Source of the DNA: Eledone cirrhosa
Lineage: Eukaryota
Assembly: GCA_964016885.1 (NCBI GenBank)
Contig: OZ024740.1
Span: forward strand, 187,860,001-187,924,000
Direction: 5' to 3'
DNA: 64,000 nt
The stretch's first letter is position 1. Every line of letters begins with the position of its first letter. Of the stretch, positions 1 to 18,757 are shown piece after piece. The notes beneath the pieces were generated by a model. The model saw only the letters and a list, made by a program, of their open reading frames with translations. It had not been told where the DNA came from and did not search any database. The translations under genes and the position numbers were made by a program.

Positions 1-1732
1 AAACAGGAAGCATTTTAATTAAATGAATGCATGCACATTTTCACAAACATGTAGATGCATACATAGCACATTTGAACATCTAAAATACTCTTTAAAATTA
101 GTTTTGTTCAGTCTTAATTCAATTATTTATATGTATGTCTTTTAGTTGTTTGTTATCTTTTGATTCACATTACAGATAAATACACACATACACTTATGTA
201 TGTTGCATTGATTGAAGAGATTAGGTTACAACAAAATATTTTCTTTCCATGTAGTGAATATAATGTTATTTTGATAAGGCATTATCTGTTTCTTTTTTCA
301 CTTAATAGAAATCATTCAAGTCTTTCTATAACTCTAATATTGTTATCTTTCAAGATATGTCTTTAGAATAATTTTGTTTAATGCTATACTGCACTATAGC
401 ATATATCTACAGATTTGTAGCCAGCACAGTATATAATAGAGAGGTGTATTACTGTCTTTATACACATTATTTTTGTTGACAGAAATAAAGGGATGAACCA
501 GATTAGTTTCAATATTTGTCTTAAACACCCCCTTTAATTTCTGTGGTATTGTCTGTAGAATTAGTTTTATTCTATATATTTAGATCTGCCAACCTGATCT
601 CATTACATGAGCCACAAACCCTCGTAATGCAGCATAGCAGAAGATAACCAAATACCAGAATTTGACTGACCACTTCCTGGTGGTCAGTGTCGAGACCTCT
701 GGTGTCCCCAGACTAACACTTTCCTCTGCAAAATTGGGAGGAGTGCATTGTACGAAGGAAACTCTGTGAGGTGAAATGGCTGAGGAAGCAAGTGTTGCTG
801 GCTGTTTTCTATGGTAATGCTTTCACGTTAGAATTATTAGTGAGGTATTATTATTAATTTCAATAATGAAAGAAGAGAAAAAAAGATTAAAATGATAAAC
901 AGGAAGAAAGAAAAGAGAGAAAAATAGGGTGAAACACAAAACGCAAATAGTAATAAAAAAGGAAATACACACACATATAAGCAGGAAGAGAAAAACAGAG
1001 GGGAGGCTGTTTGATTGGGGGGAGGGGGACATTTGCCCCTACCAACCCCTCATAAATCTGGCCCTGCAAACTGAATACTTTGGGCTGGGTGATGTATCTC
1101 AGCTGCACTACACTATGTTTAGGAAGCTATCACTGATGTAGCTTTTGACTCAGTCGCAATTTCAATGTATTTCAAGTATATTATTTTCAAAGTGTATATT
1201 TCATTTCTTTCGAAATCCCATTTTTCGTTCACTCACTTCTCTGTTTTTTGCCTCTTTCAGTGAACAATAAGACTCATCATTATTTAACAACCATGCTAGG
1301 AAGTGTTAGATGGGTCTTCACAGACTGAATCAATACTCACATAAGGCTAAGGGACCTCACATGGGCTAAGGGACCTCATTTCACTTGCATATGACCTTGT
1401 ATTCTGTTGAATGCATTTCATTGTGATACCTGCACAAATAGGCCATCATATTGCTGACATAAGTGAAGGGTCCTCCCAACCCTTTGTTTGATAAGCTTTC
1501 TAGTTGTTAGAAAAAGGTTAAAAAAATGTAACTGAGAGCAATACCATCTTGTAAAAGGAGAAATGGCCTTAAGTAATTTCTCTTATTGAATTTCTACTTA
1601 ACTGGAGGTAGAAATAAAATTACAATACTATTTTATTTTAAGGAGAATTGTATAAATGCATGTTGATAAATATAATAATTTCATTGAACTCTCTCTCTCC
1701 CTCTCTTGCTATAAATATATATATATATAAAT

Positions 1733-1833
<101 letters not shown>

Positions 1834-2337
1834 GTGGTGCTGGGACCTGGGAACTACAAATCAGTGAAATAGTCTATGCATGAGTATAAGCAGAGTGGGT
1901 ATAGATGAAACCTGACCATGATGTGTCTTTCCAAAACCTATCAGTTATTTATTACATATCTCATGCTGCTTCATATTAATTAATATATGTATACACACAC
2001 ATACCCACATATAACACTTCACACAAAGTAAAATATTTCGTTTTAATCATTTTCTAACCCAGAATAAAGAGAGAAAAAAATAAAAAGGAAAAAAAAAGAT
2101 TTTTCTTCCTAAAAATGGTCCTTTTCTCCCTGTTTTCATATATATATATATATAAATAAAAATATAATGCTCCAGCTTACACGTTTCTACTGTTCGTTGA
2201 GCTCTTTTTTTATCTACTTCACAGCTGACAGACCATTATGTGGTCCACACATCCTTGTTCAGTTAACCACTTGCTATATACATATGTATATATCTATATG
2301 TATATATATGTATATATATACATATATATATGTATAT

Positions 2338-2389
<52 letters not shown>

Positions 2390-2400
2390 GTATATATATA

Positions 2401-5149
2401 TGGAAGTTAAAAGACCCCACAGCCAGTAATAAATTTAAAAGCATATTACTTGACGCTTTTGATAGTAAGGAAGAGCAATTAGAGTCATACAATATAGAGG
2501 AACAGTGGGAATTCCTGAAAGCTAACCTGCTGAAGGCGACAGATAAAACCTGTGGCTGGAGCAGACCTATAGGCAGGAGGAGAGTAACTTGGTGGTGGAA
2601 CAGTAAGGTGGAGGGGTCAATCAAGGCCAAAAAGCAGGCTTGGAAAGCATGGCGGGATGGGGGAAGTAGAGAAGACTATCAAGTGGCCAGGAAGGAAGCT
2701 AGGAGACAAGTGTACTTCACAAGATGGGAAACCGAGGAAAGAAAGTTCAAGCATGTTCTACAACGCGAGGACCAAAAACATGAGGTGTTCAGGATTGCTA
2801 GGCAATGTGTCAAGGAAAACAATGATATTGTCGGGGAGAAGTGTGTCCTTAATGATGATGGTGTACTTGCCATCATTGACGCTGATAAGAAGGTAGCTTG
2901 GAAGTGTCACTACGAAAGGCTACTAAATGAGGAGAATAATTGGGAGAAAGACAGTCTTCCCCACATCGACCCAATAGAGGGATCAGCAGTAAAAGTTGAA
3001 GGTAGTATAATAAGTAAGGCGATCAAAGACATGAAGACGGGCAAGGCAGCCGGGCCTTCGGAAATAGTTGCTGAAATGCTGAAAGCATCTGGAACGGTGG
3101 GACACACTATGGTCACTTGGATAGAAAACCAAGTCATACAGAATGGGGTTGTTCCGAAGGACTGGCGCAGCAGAATCATTAACTGCTACAAGAGTAAAGG
3201 TGATGCCTTAGATAGGGGAAACTATAGAGGTATTAAATTAATTGACCAGGTCATGAAGGTCACAGAAAAAGTAATAGCGCAACTAATCAGAGAGTGAATT
3301 GATCTAGACGAAATGCAGTTCGAGTTTGTGTCAGGTAAAAGTACAACAGACGCTCTCTTCATTGAACGACAACTACAGGCGAAGTACCTAGCTAAAAGTA
3401 AACCCCTATACTTTGCCTTTGTTGACTTGGAGAAATCCTTTGACAGAGTACCCCGCTCGATTATCTGGTGGGCCCTTAGAAAACTAGGTGTTGATGAATG
3501 GCTTGTGAGAGCTATACAAGCCATGTATAAAGAAACAGTCAGCAAGGTTAGAATTAACAACGAATATAGTGAAGAGTTTAGCGTAAAAGTTGGTGTTCAT
3601 CAGGGCTCCGTCCTTAGCCCCCTACTATTTATTATTGCCCTTCAGGCTATAACAGAGGAGTTCAAGATTGGCTGCCCATGGGAACTCCTATATGCAGATG
3701 ATATAACGCTCATAGCTGAATCAATGGCGGAACTAGAGAAGAAAATCCAAACATGAAAGCATGGCCTAGAATCAAAAGGTCTTAAAGTTAACTTTCTAAT
3801 ACTAAAGTTCTAGTTTGTAGGAAGGAAAGTAGGGCACCGGTCCTATCTGGGAAATGGCCATGCTCAGTGTGTAGGAAAGGAGTAGGCAGAAACTCCATTT
3901 TATGTCCCAAATACAAAGAATGGGTGCATAAAAGATGTAGTGGGATCACAGGTAAGCTAACTAAGAATATGGATTTTATATGTGGCCGGTGCTCTGGTGC
4001 AATAAGTAGCAGCAAGTGCCCACTAAATACTAGCTCATTCCATTGTACAGATGGTTCTATAGAAATAGTGGACAGCTTCCGTTACCTGGGTGACAAAATC
4101 AGCAGTGGGGGAGGATGCTCTGAAAGTACAGTAGCTAGAGTCAGAACGGGATGGAAAAAGTTCAGAGAGCTTATACCACTATTGGCCGCTAAAGAGTTCT
4201 CTCTAAAAATGAAAGGCAGGCTGTATGATGCCTGCATACGAACAGCAATGTTACATGGCAGTGAGACCTGGGCATTGTGTGCAGAGGATATACGCAGACT
4301 GGAGAGAAACGAAGCGTGCATGCTCCGCTGGATGTGTAATATTAATATACGTGAACGGCAAAGCATAAACGAACTAAGGGAGAAATTAGGAATAAGAGGG
4401 ATGAGATGTTGTTTACTCGAGAGAAGACTACGTTGGTACGGTCATGTGATGCGCATGAACGACGACAGCTGTATAAAAAAGTGCAGGGCGATAAAAATAG
4501 ACGGTAGCCACGGAATAGGAAGACCCAGAAAAACGTGGGACGACTTGATAAATTCCGACCTCACACACTTACACCTCTCCAAGACAATGTCACTGGACCG
4601 AGATCTTTGGCGTTACACAGTTATACAGAAGACCCGCCTTGCCTAAGTACAAAGCGAAAACTAGTCAGTAGGCACCTCTACACCCCGTACCACTACGCTC
4701 ACCCCATCCACCACCCCCTTTAATGTGAAGTTATGTTGGTACCACAACATCCAGTCGAAACAAATGTGGTTGTGTAGGTGTCACAACAAAAAATCACACA
4801 GTCCACACTGTAATGTGGCCGTATAGGTAACACGGTAAAAACCTCCCAGTACCCACTGTAAACGTGGTTGGTGTTGGGAAGGGCACCCAGCCGTAGAAAA
4901 CCCGTCAGACGTGTAGGTGTCACGTCAATAAAACACACAGTCCACGCTGTAATGTGGCCGGGTAGGTAACACGGTAAAAACCTCCTAGTCCACACTGTAA
5001 ACGTGGTTGGTGTTAGGAAGGGTATCCAGCCGTAGAAAACCCGCTAGACAGTCCTGAGCAAGACAACCAATCTTGCCTCAAGTGAGACAATTCCCGTCCA
5101 GACCCATGCTAGCGTGGAAAATGGACGTTAACCGATTATGATGATGATG

Positions 5150-5150
<1 letters not shown>
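2401..5150 (+). mobile_element. RTE-clade non-LTR retrotransposon, 5'-truncated and decayed
   Basis: Translation gives TWWWN, NYRGIKL, QFEF(QFGF), [53 protein letters not shown] and GRPRKTW. In-frame stops at 3295 and 3754, frameshift near 3790. 3' UTR ends in a (TGA)n tail at ~5135-5150. (TA)n on both sides. Confidence 0.95.
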
Positions 5151-5646
<496 letters not shown>

Positions 5647-5970
5647 ATAACTAGAGATTGATTAACATATAAATAAACATTAATATTCACAGGAGATAAT
5701 TTTTACAAGTGTGTAACCACACATAGCTAGGTGGGCAACTAAATAAAGTTGACCAGAACATCAAAAATAGATACCTTATAATGTGATTGATCTTCCCTGT
5801 ATATATTCCATTAAAGAAATATATTTCAACAATTAATCAGATGGTAAAGCAGAGAAGTGGAGACTTGGATTTTCAATAAGGAAGAAGTTCCAGCATTACT
5901 GTTTACACTTCAAGTTCAAATCATTGACTGGCCAGCACGTGTTGTATTTACTAGAAATATACACATCATA

Positions 5971-6170
5971 CTAGCTTCGTCCCAGTGGCGTGAATAGGGT
6001 TATCGACATCTAGAAACAGCAGTCAAGTCCTTTAAACAGAGTTAGCTCTACAATTAAGGAGCCGTATTTATATATCTATATCCAAAATTAATATAAATCA
6101 AATGAATTTAATCTAAATAAAAATTATGGGTGTCATGCCAGAAATTCATGCGCCATATCACCCGCATTTT
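5971..6170 (-). mobile_element. Possible Helitron 3' end remnant
   Basis: Minus strand reads CCCTATTCACGCCACTGGG-ACGAAG-CTAG-T, a weak hairpin followed by CTAG. The hairpin is degenerate. Confidence 0.3.
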
Positions 6171-6175
6171 CTCAC

Positions 6176-8727
6176 ATGATGATGTCGACTGACATCCTAA
6201 AGCCAAGCAGACGCACTGCCAACAACTTCCAGGCGTCTAACAATGGCATACCACACTTGTATGGGCTCCGCAAAGACCGCAAGACAGTCGACGACCCGAC
6301 AACAGGACCATCAACAAGACCCGTATGCGGAGCTAATATAGCTAGCAACTACAGGATCTCTTACTTCCTCTCAATGGTTATACGCCCCATAATCAAGATG
6401 TCCCCATATGTATGTGACAGTACAGAGGACCTCCTCAGCGGAATCAGTGAATGCAACAAAAACAGGAACCAATCCAACTGCATAATAGGCAGCGTGGATG
6501 TGGTATCACTGTACCCATCCATTAACATTGATTTTGCTGTGGAAAAATGTGTGGAGATGATCATTGAGAGTGAGGTGGAGTTCTGCGATGTCGACACAGA
6601 CAAACTGGGCCTCCTACTTAGACTTACCTACGACACTGACTACCTAGACAGCCATGAACTTAGAGTTTTCTGCCCTAGTAGACCCATAAGAGGTAGACGC
6701 CCCACCATAACCTCAATGGCAAAAAAGACTCCAATGGGAAGGTGGATTGGGTGGACCAAAATATACGGACCCCCCAAAACAATGATCAGGTAAGAAAAAT
6801 GGTCGCACATGCAATAGGGGCTAGTATAAAAACTACCCTAAAGGGCCACATATTCAAGTTCAACGAGAAGATATACACCCAAAATGAGGGAGCAGCCATT
6901 GGTGTCAGCATAGCTGGTGATGTTGCCAACCTTTTTATGGTATGGTGGGAAAGGAGACTTAAGGATCTCCTTAATGAGAGCTCCATAGACCTCATCAAGT
7001 ACTCTCGTTACGTAGACGATATCAATATAGTTATAAGAACATCCCCACTAGAGAGCACTAACAAGTTTGATTTAGAACGTAGCACAATGGAAAGCATCCA
7101 GCAGATAGCTAATTCCATACACCAGAGTATAACTGTAACTATCGACTACCCTTCCAAACACCCTAACAATAGACTACCTGTATTAGACACGGAACTCTGG
7201 ATTAACACTATAGACGAGAGAGCCCACATTCTCTACTCACACTATGCTAAACCCATGGCCTCCAAATACCTGATACTCAAAAACTCAGCAATGTCCAGTA
7301 GTGCTAAGTTTAATATTCTGATCGCAGATTTGGTACGAGTGATGAAGAATGTCTCCCGCATGTGCGACCCAACAGAAATGGAAAGACACATCCAACACTT
7401 CATCAACCGCATGCAGTTCTCTGGCTACAACCAAAGAGACAGAGTCAGAGTATACGAAGGAGCCATGGGGAAGTATAAGACCCTCATAGAACTGGACATG
7501 AAAGGAATTTGCCCATTATACAGGAGCAAATCATGGAATAGCTTAGATAGGGCTAGACATAAGATAGGAAAAGCCACCTCATGGAACGACAACCAGAGAT
7601 ACCAGAGTGTCATGTTTGTGGACGGTACCCCTGGAGGGAAATTAGCTAACCAGTGTAGAAAGGCCCTGAGAAAGACCCACTTAAAGATTAAGGTGGTAGA
7701 AAAGCCAGGAACCACCATAAAATCCCTGATCAGCAAAACCTACCCTTTTAAGAAAACCCACTGTACTAATAGGAAATGTATCATATGTAAGGTAAACCCC
7801 CGGATAAATTGTAAAACTAGAAACGTAGTCTATAGCATAAGATGTACAGAGGGTACTTGCAGAAACATGACAACAACATACATAGGCGAGACAGCTCGTA
7901 GCATAGGTGAAAGGATAGACCAACACTGGGGGGAATTAAAGGACGAAAAAACGGGTCAGTACTATACGAACATGCCAGACAACAACACGACGGTAACATA
8001 GACAACAAAGAAATTAGAATAATATCTAAACATAGAAATGACCCAGCAGATAGGCAAATCAGAGAGGCCAGTGAAATAGAACTTAGAAGGCCAAGACTAA
8101 ACAGAAAGAATGAATGGAATAACAACAACACCCAAACAAACAACACTGACCTAAGAGAAGTATGAATAAATAAATAAATAAATACATACACAAGCACAAT
8201 AACAACAAACACATATAAACACACAGTAGTAAGGATAGAATACATTAACCGATACACAGTCACCCAATCACGAACACACATCAAACAAAACACTATACAC
8301 ACACGCAAACGCATGCGCAAAGAAGACAAAATAAAATAAACAAACAAATAAATAAATAAATATATAAACAGACTAAATAAAGATGGCGTAGACATACATT
8401 GTAACGGGAGGTAAAAATAGCACCACTGACGATGTTGCAGATGTGCAACGAAAGAACTTTGATAAACTATATATATGTGTTTGTGTCTATATTGTATCTG
8501 TATTATTTTTGACCGTTGGTCAGTCAATGGCAACATTGAGGACCGAATAAATTAGATTACCGATATAAAAGACACAGAACCGAAAAGCGAAAACCAACCA
8601 AAGAGTGAGTGTGTTCTGTTATTAATTCTGGCAATATTACACAAATATGACCCTCCCCAAGTATTACAATATTTGTTTCGACACACAATTTCATATAAAC
8701 AACATCGCAAAACTAATTCATCGCCGT
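6176..8727 (+). mobile_element. Penelope-like element (RT plus C-terminal GIY-YIG endonuclease) with 3' pseudo-LTR, 5'-truncated and frameshifted
   Basis: Motifs LYGLRK, RPVCG, SVDVVSLYPSI, YTQNEGAAIG, RYVDD, LPVLD, CxxxxCxxC..C, NVVY..YIGET. After a frameshift at ~7950 it continues YEHARQQH..RQIREASEI..LNRKNEW to a stop at ~8165. Another frameshift at ~6730. The 3' terminal repeat (8360-8727) recurs at 42003-42300 and 43021-43105. Confidence 0.92.
8416..8465 (+). ncRNA. Minimal hammerhead ribozyme-like motif in the PLE pseudo-LTR
   Basis: CTGACGA-T-GTTGCA(GATG)TGCAAC-GAAA-GAAC-TT. Core and stem II are intact, stems I and III are weak. PLE pseudo-LTRs are known to carry minimal HHRs. Confidence 0.6.
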
Positions 8728-13870
<5,143 letters not shown>

Positions 13871-14577
13871 GGTATATCTACATTCATGTATGTATTTGAC
13901 AGTCCTACCTGCCTATTTGCATATATTTATATATATTGTTATACTTTGGGAGGATCTTAGAAGCAGAGTCCTTAAACACTCCTTCCAGTAGGTCCTGTCA
14001 GAAGCAGGCATCTCCAATTGATCTGGCTGGATTTCTAAGCGAGACCAGCCCCATTCTCAGAGATGTTATCCAACTATCTTGCCCAGTGGGGCCCCTGCCA
14101 GTTGGTTTTGACCAAGCATGTAATTAGTTCTTTTTAAACAATAAGGCAATAGAAGGATATATAAGAAGCATATTAGTATTTCTGGTAAACCATTCCTCAA
14201 TGTTAATGAATGATTGAAGTATTCAATAAATATATGTTTGAAATTAATTGAAAAGCTGTTTGCAGGGAAACTAGTCTGTTATGTATTCACTTGAAATAAT
14301 CAATGAAATATATGAGTATTAATATGAGTATTGACATCTGCTTCATTTAGAAGTTGTGTCATTTTTGTGAGAAATTATTAAGACCTAATTTCCTTAGAGA
14401 AACTTTCTTGGTAATTGTTATCCGTTGTTATTTGAGAAAATGTTGTCATCTCAATAAAATAAGTGGTTAATTATGGAGTCTATGATTATCGCTACATCAG
14501 ACAATTTCAATTAGATTGTGAATGCTTTGATTTTTATTCATGTGTACTAAGAATATAAAATTAACTAAGAATAATAA

Positions 14578-14770
14578 TGTTTTCTGATTTAGGTGCAAGG
14601 CCACCAATTTTTGGAGAGAGGAAAGTAAATTAAATTGACCCCAGTGCATTACGAGTCCTTTATTTTATCAACCTTGTAAGGATGAAAGGCCGAGCGAAAT
14701 TGACAGGATTTGAACTCGGAATGCCACAAAACATGTTGTCTGTTGTTCTACCGATACTGTCATTCTAGCA
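14578..14770 (-). mobile_element. tRNA-derived SINE (cephalopod OK/OR-like with Nin-DC-like core), diverged
   Basis: Reverse complement contains GAGTTCAAATCC (B box) and GCCTTTCATCCTTAC..GATAAAATAAAG, shared with ~15 copies in the window. Confidence 0.8.
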
Positions 14771-14800
14771 CTTCTCAGCCTTTTGGGTAAGATCAAAGTA
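14771..14800 (+). pseudogene. U2 snRNA 5' fragment
   Basis: CTTCTCaGCCTTTTGGgTAAGATCAA matches U2 CTTCTCGGCCTTTTGGCTAAGATCAA at 24 of 26 positions, then diverges at the branch-site recognition region. Confidence 0.8.
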
Positions 14801-14814
14801 AACAGAGAATAATA

Positions 14815-14925
14815 ATTCTTTCTACGTTAGGCACAAGGCCAACAATTATCCAGTGTATTACTGGTACTTTATTTTATCGACCCCGTAAGGATGAAAGGCA
14901 AAGTTAACCTCGGCGGGATTTGAGA
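14815..14925 (-). mobile_element. SINE (same family), truncated
   Basis: GGCACAAGGCC..CCAGTG..ACTGGTACTTTATTTTATCGACCCCGTAAGGATGAAAGGC on the + strand. Confidence 0.85.
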
Positions 14926-15904
14926 TAATGATGCACAGATGTTGATGATGATTATGATTTTAATTGATATAACTAGATAAACCAACTAGTACATTCAATT
15001 AGTATTTAGTCACTATCTAAATCTTTATATAGCAAAAAGTGTAACATATTTAGATCAGACATGGTTTAAATTTTTGTTTTTGTTTTGTTGAAATATTTTT
15101 CTCTTGTCTTTGCAATTGTTAAAAATCAATGTCTAAAAGACTACATCTCTAGTGTATTAAGGCTGAGTGACAAGCAAACGACTTTTGATAGCTTTTTATT
15201 GAAAATGCATAATTTTGAGTCAGAATTAAGTAGCTTAGTTTTATTTTTAATAAGAGGACAATTAGGAACAAAGGAAATATTTTACTCGTGATTTTAAATT
15301 CTCCTTATCTGATGCCATAGCCAAGAATATGTGTTTATGATGACAATTTCCCAAATAATTGTCAGTATAAATAAAGTACACAATGCCTAATGGGTAGACA
15401 TATCAATAAATTAATTACCATAACTAGTATGATATAATCTATTTCCATAGTTGAAGAAATCACATACGTATTTTTCTCCTGCTAAGTTGATTTCTATTAG
15501 ATGGATTTTTGTCTACAGTTTTTTTCAGATTTGACATAATTAACACATTACCATTTAGTGATCTAATTTCTAATTGAAGACTGTGACAATAAAATTTGAA
15601 TCATTTTGAAAATAATGAAGAATTTGTCATTATTAAGCTAGTGTTTGAAACAACTTAGAAAATATTCTCACATGAAATTATGATAGAAGTTTATGTACAT
15701 CAAAATAGATTGATATATAATATGTATATGTGTATGTATGTATGGTCTCGTAACACCGGATAAAGTCGTAGAGAAGCTGTATTGTCATATGGCGTTTCTT
15801 GTGCATTTTAAGCCTGGTGGAGCCCATCCCTCTCCAAGCCTGAGTACAGCTTATTTCTTCTAGAGACAGATAGAAAGTGAGAGAGATGAAATAAGAAAGA
15901 GATG

Positions 15905-16070
15905 TAGAGGAATAATTGACCCCACTACTAGACTGGTACTTTTTTATTGACCTCGAAAGGATGTAAGGCAAAGTTGAACTTAGCGTGATTTGAACTGAGA
16001 GAGCAGAGAACCAGCATGAATACCACAAAACATTCTATCTGACGTTCTAAAGACTCTGCCAATTCGCTGC
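15905..16070 (-). mobile_element. SINE (same superfamily), diverged
   Basis: ACTGGTACTTTTTTATTGACCTCGAAAGGATGTAAGGCAAAGTTGAAC..GATTTGAACT. Confidence 0.75.
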
Positions 16071-16271
16071 CTATATATAGTATATAACAATCATATATGT
16101 ATATAAGGTCTGCCATTCCGAGATCAGGGATATCACAAATCAGGGTAGTACTCTGTGCATGGGAGGAAGCAGAGTGAGTATAAAGGAAAGTATAAACCCT
16201 TGCTTTTACATTTGGAAAGCTTTGTCATGTGTGCCAAATCCACTAGGCATTGCACATGGGTTTATATCTGC

Positions 16272-16334
<63 letters not shown>

Positions 16335-16342
<8 letters not shown>

Positions 16343-16965
16343 AAGACGAAGTTTTCTGTATGTGTGTGGACAATTTTTATTCTAAACCATTCATGCGATT
16401 TCTTTGACATTTTATCAGAGCTTCTCCTTGCACAAAACCTGTACATGATCTACAAAGGCTTTCAAAAATCGATATTGGAGGCTTTGGAGACATTAACAAT
16501 TTTTCAGTTATTTGTGTGAATTTTCGTTATTCGGCTCATTCGGATTTTAATTTACTCTTTGTACTTGAAACAAAAGGTACGCTTTCTTGAGACTAACAAT
16601 ATCATTTTGTATATTTCACAACCAGCAATTTCTAACAGATTACTAAGTTAAGTTATAGATTTGACATTGTATAATTTATCGTTTCAAGCTTGATGTTCAT
16701 ACATTAAGTGATGTCATAACTTTTACAATATTATGCTTTGTATATAATAGTGTCTATTATTTACTTCACTTCTCTATTTCATAATGCGCTTTTACTATTG
16801 TCAAAAAAGACACCGAAACATTAATTATTTCACTGGAATAGTGCCTAAGGTTTTCATGTCTATATAAAGTACGTTTTTCTTCTATGTATTCAAATTTACT
16901 TTGTTTAGTTTAATGAGCTACATCGAAAGCTACTTGAACCGTCCAAAGGACGGGTAGTTTAGCTA

Positions 16966-16966
<1 letters not shown>
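16335..16966 (+). mobile_element. Non-autonomous Helitron
   Basis: 3' end is a CCGTCC-AAA-GGACGG hairpin (16939-16953), a 9-nt spacer, then CTAG (16963-16966) followed by T. The 5' end TATATAAAGACGAAGTTTTCTGTATGTGTGT is typical of invertebrate Helitron starts. Embedded in (TA)n, no TSD. Confidence 0.75.
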
Positions 16967-17012
<46 letters not shown>

Positions 17013-17689
17013 GTGTGTGTAAATACTTTAAAATCAACTACTTAGTATTCTAAAACCAGGTGTAGTATCAAATGTGTTACATATAAATTTTCTCAAAATT
17101 CTTATATCTAAAGACATTTTCCCCATTTTTTCTCTTGATTTTGATTACAACCATGACTTTGTGTGTACATATTAGGCACAAGACATATGTACCTAGTTTT
17201 TTTAATCCTCTTTCAAACCCTTACTTTCTAAGTCATTCAGTTTGAAAACCCAACTGTGGGTGACTGTGAATCCTTTGCAAAAATAGTGAATGATATATTT
17301 GAAACGGTTTAGACATGATTCTCTCCCTTACAAAAGAAAATTTAATGACACAATTATAACAATATTGCTATTTCTCAATAATTAAAATAATTAATAGCTG
17401 ATAAATAAATGATATTGATGTGATATAGAGAGATATAATAGTTTGTTATTTTTCTCTTCTTCATATTGTCATAAAAAATTATCAATATTATTTCAAATGG
17501 TAATATTAGAATTGGTTGAGCATCCTACAAAATTTTATGCAGTATTTACTTATAGTTTTTTACATTCTATGTTTAAATCCTGACATAGTCAATAAAATAA
17601 AGTACCAGTGGGATACTTGGTCAATATATTCAAAACCCCATCCAATCCATGGCCTTCACACTCCTTTTGGGAAAAGCCCTCCCTGCTTG

Positions 17690-17965
17690 ACCTACACCAC
17701 TTTCTGTTTGGTTTTAGTTGTCAAGGTGTAGCTGTACTCACCATGCTTGACCAGTTGCAGGTTGTTGAGGCCATTTAAACCATAGTTAGGTTGGATGGCC
17801 ATTGACTCTGAGGAACCCATCCTCCCTTTTAAAAGCTCTTGTTTTTTTGTGGTCAGGGTCTTTTGGTGGAGTCAGTTTAGCTGCCCACCACTTGACCTTG
17901 AAGCAGGTTGTACTGGATTACATGGTACCAGTAGCATGCAGAAGCCTAATCTGACCATAACCATA
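17690..17965 (+). repeat. Old dispersed repeat (second copy at ~37620-37885)
   Basis: Shared blocks such as GGATRGCCATTGACTCTGAGGA and GTTGTACTGGRTTACATGGTA.CAGTA...GCAGAAGCCT. Family not identified. Confidence 0.6.
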
Positions 17966-18234
17966 CTACCCAAAAAATGTTGTGGCCTTGTTTTTCTGTT
18001 AATATAAATCTTTAGTCTAGAGAAAGTTGGATGGCAGAATTGATAAAGGCGAAGTATATGATTACATTCTTTTATAGTCTGGTTCCAACAAGATAACTTT
18101 TTTGTCATTACTCCAGATTTCATAAAATAAGAACCAGTTATGTTCGCAGGCTTTTAGTTAAATAACCTATACTTCAATATTTATTATGAACATAATATCA
18201 AGTTGAAGAAAATGGAAGAAAGTGTAGGCTTATA

Positions 18235-18555
18235 ATGGTTTCTGATTTAGGCACAATACCATCAATTTTAAAGGAAGGGGAAAGTCAATTAAGTAGACCC
18301 CAGTGTATTACTGGTAATTTATTTTGTCAAACTCGTAAGGATGAAGGGCATAGCTAACTATGGTCGGATTTGAACCGGGGCTAAACGTGTTTACCAACAA
18401 TCTACCAATAGTAGCATTCCTCTACCCTTTTGTAGGACTATAATAAAGAATCCAGATAATTGTTTCTACTTTCAGCACAAGGCCAGCTATTATCCCAGTG
18501 CATTACTGGTGCTTTATTTTATTGGCCCTGTAAGGATGAAAGGCAAGGTTAACCT
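18235..18555 (-). mobile_element. Two tandem SINE copies (full ~18235-18430, truncated ~18458-18555)
   Basis: Same SINE core as the other copies. Confidence 0.8.
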
Positions 18556-18699
18556 CTAGATAAGGCAAAATTAATCTCTAGACTTACTACTTAATACTAT
18601 TATAATATAGCAATTGCAGTCTTATAACAAGATTAATATACTCCGGTATACTGTTGAAGCAGATGAACAAATTGATTGAACAATATTATAAGGTGACAC

Positions 18700-18757
18700 T
18701 AAAGTACCAGTAATGTACTGCGTAATTGCTGGCCTTGTGCCAAAAGTAGAAACAATT
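18700..18757 (+). mobile_element. SINE 3' fragment
   Basis: AAAGTACCAGTAATGTACTGCGTAATTGCTGGCCTTGTGCCAAAAGTAGAAACAATTA. Confidence 0.8.
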
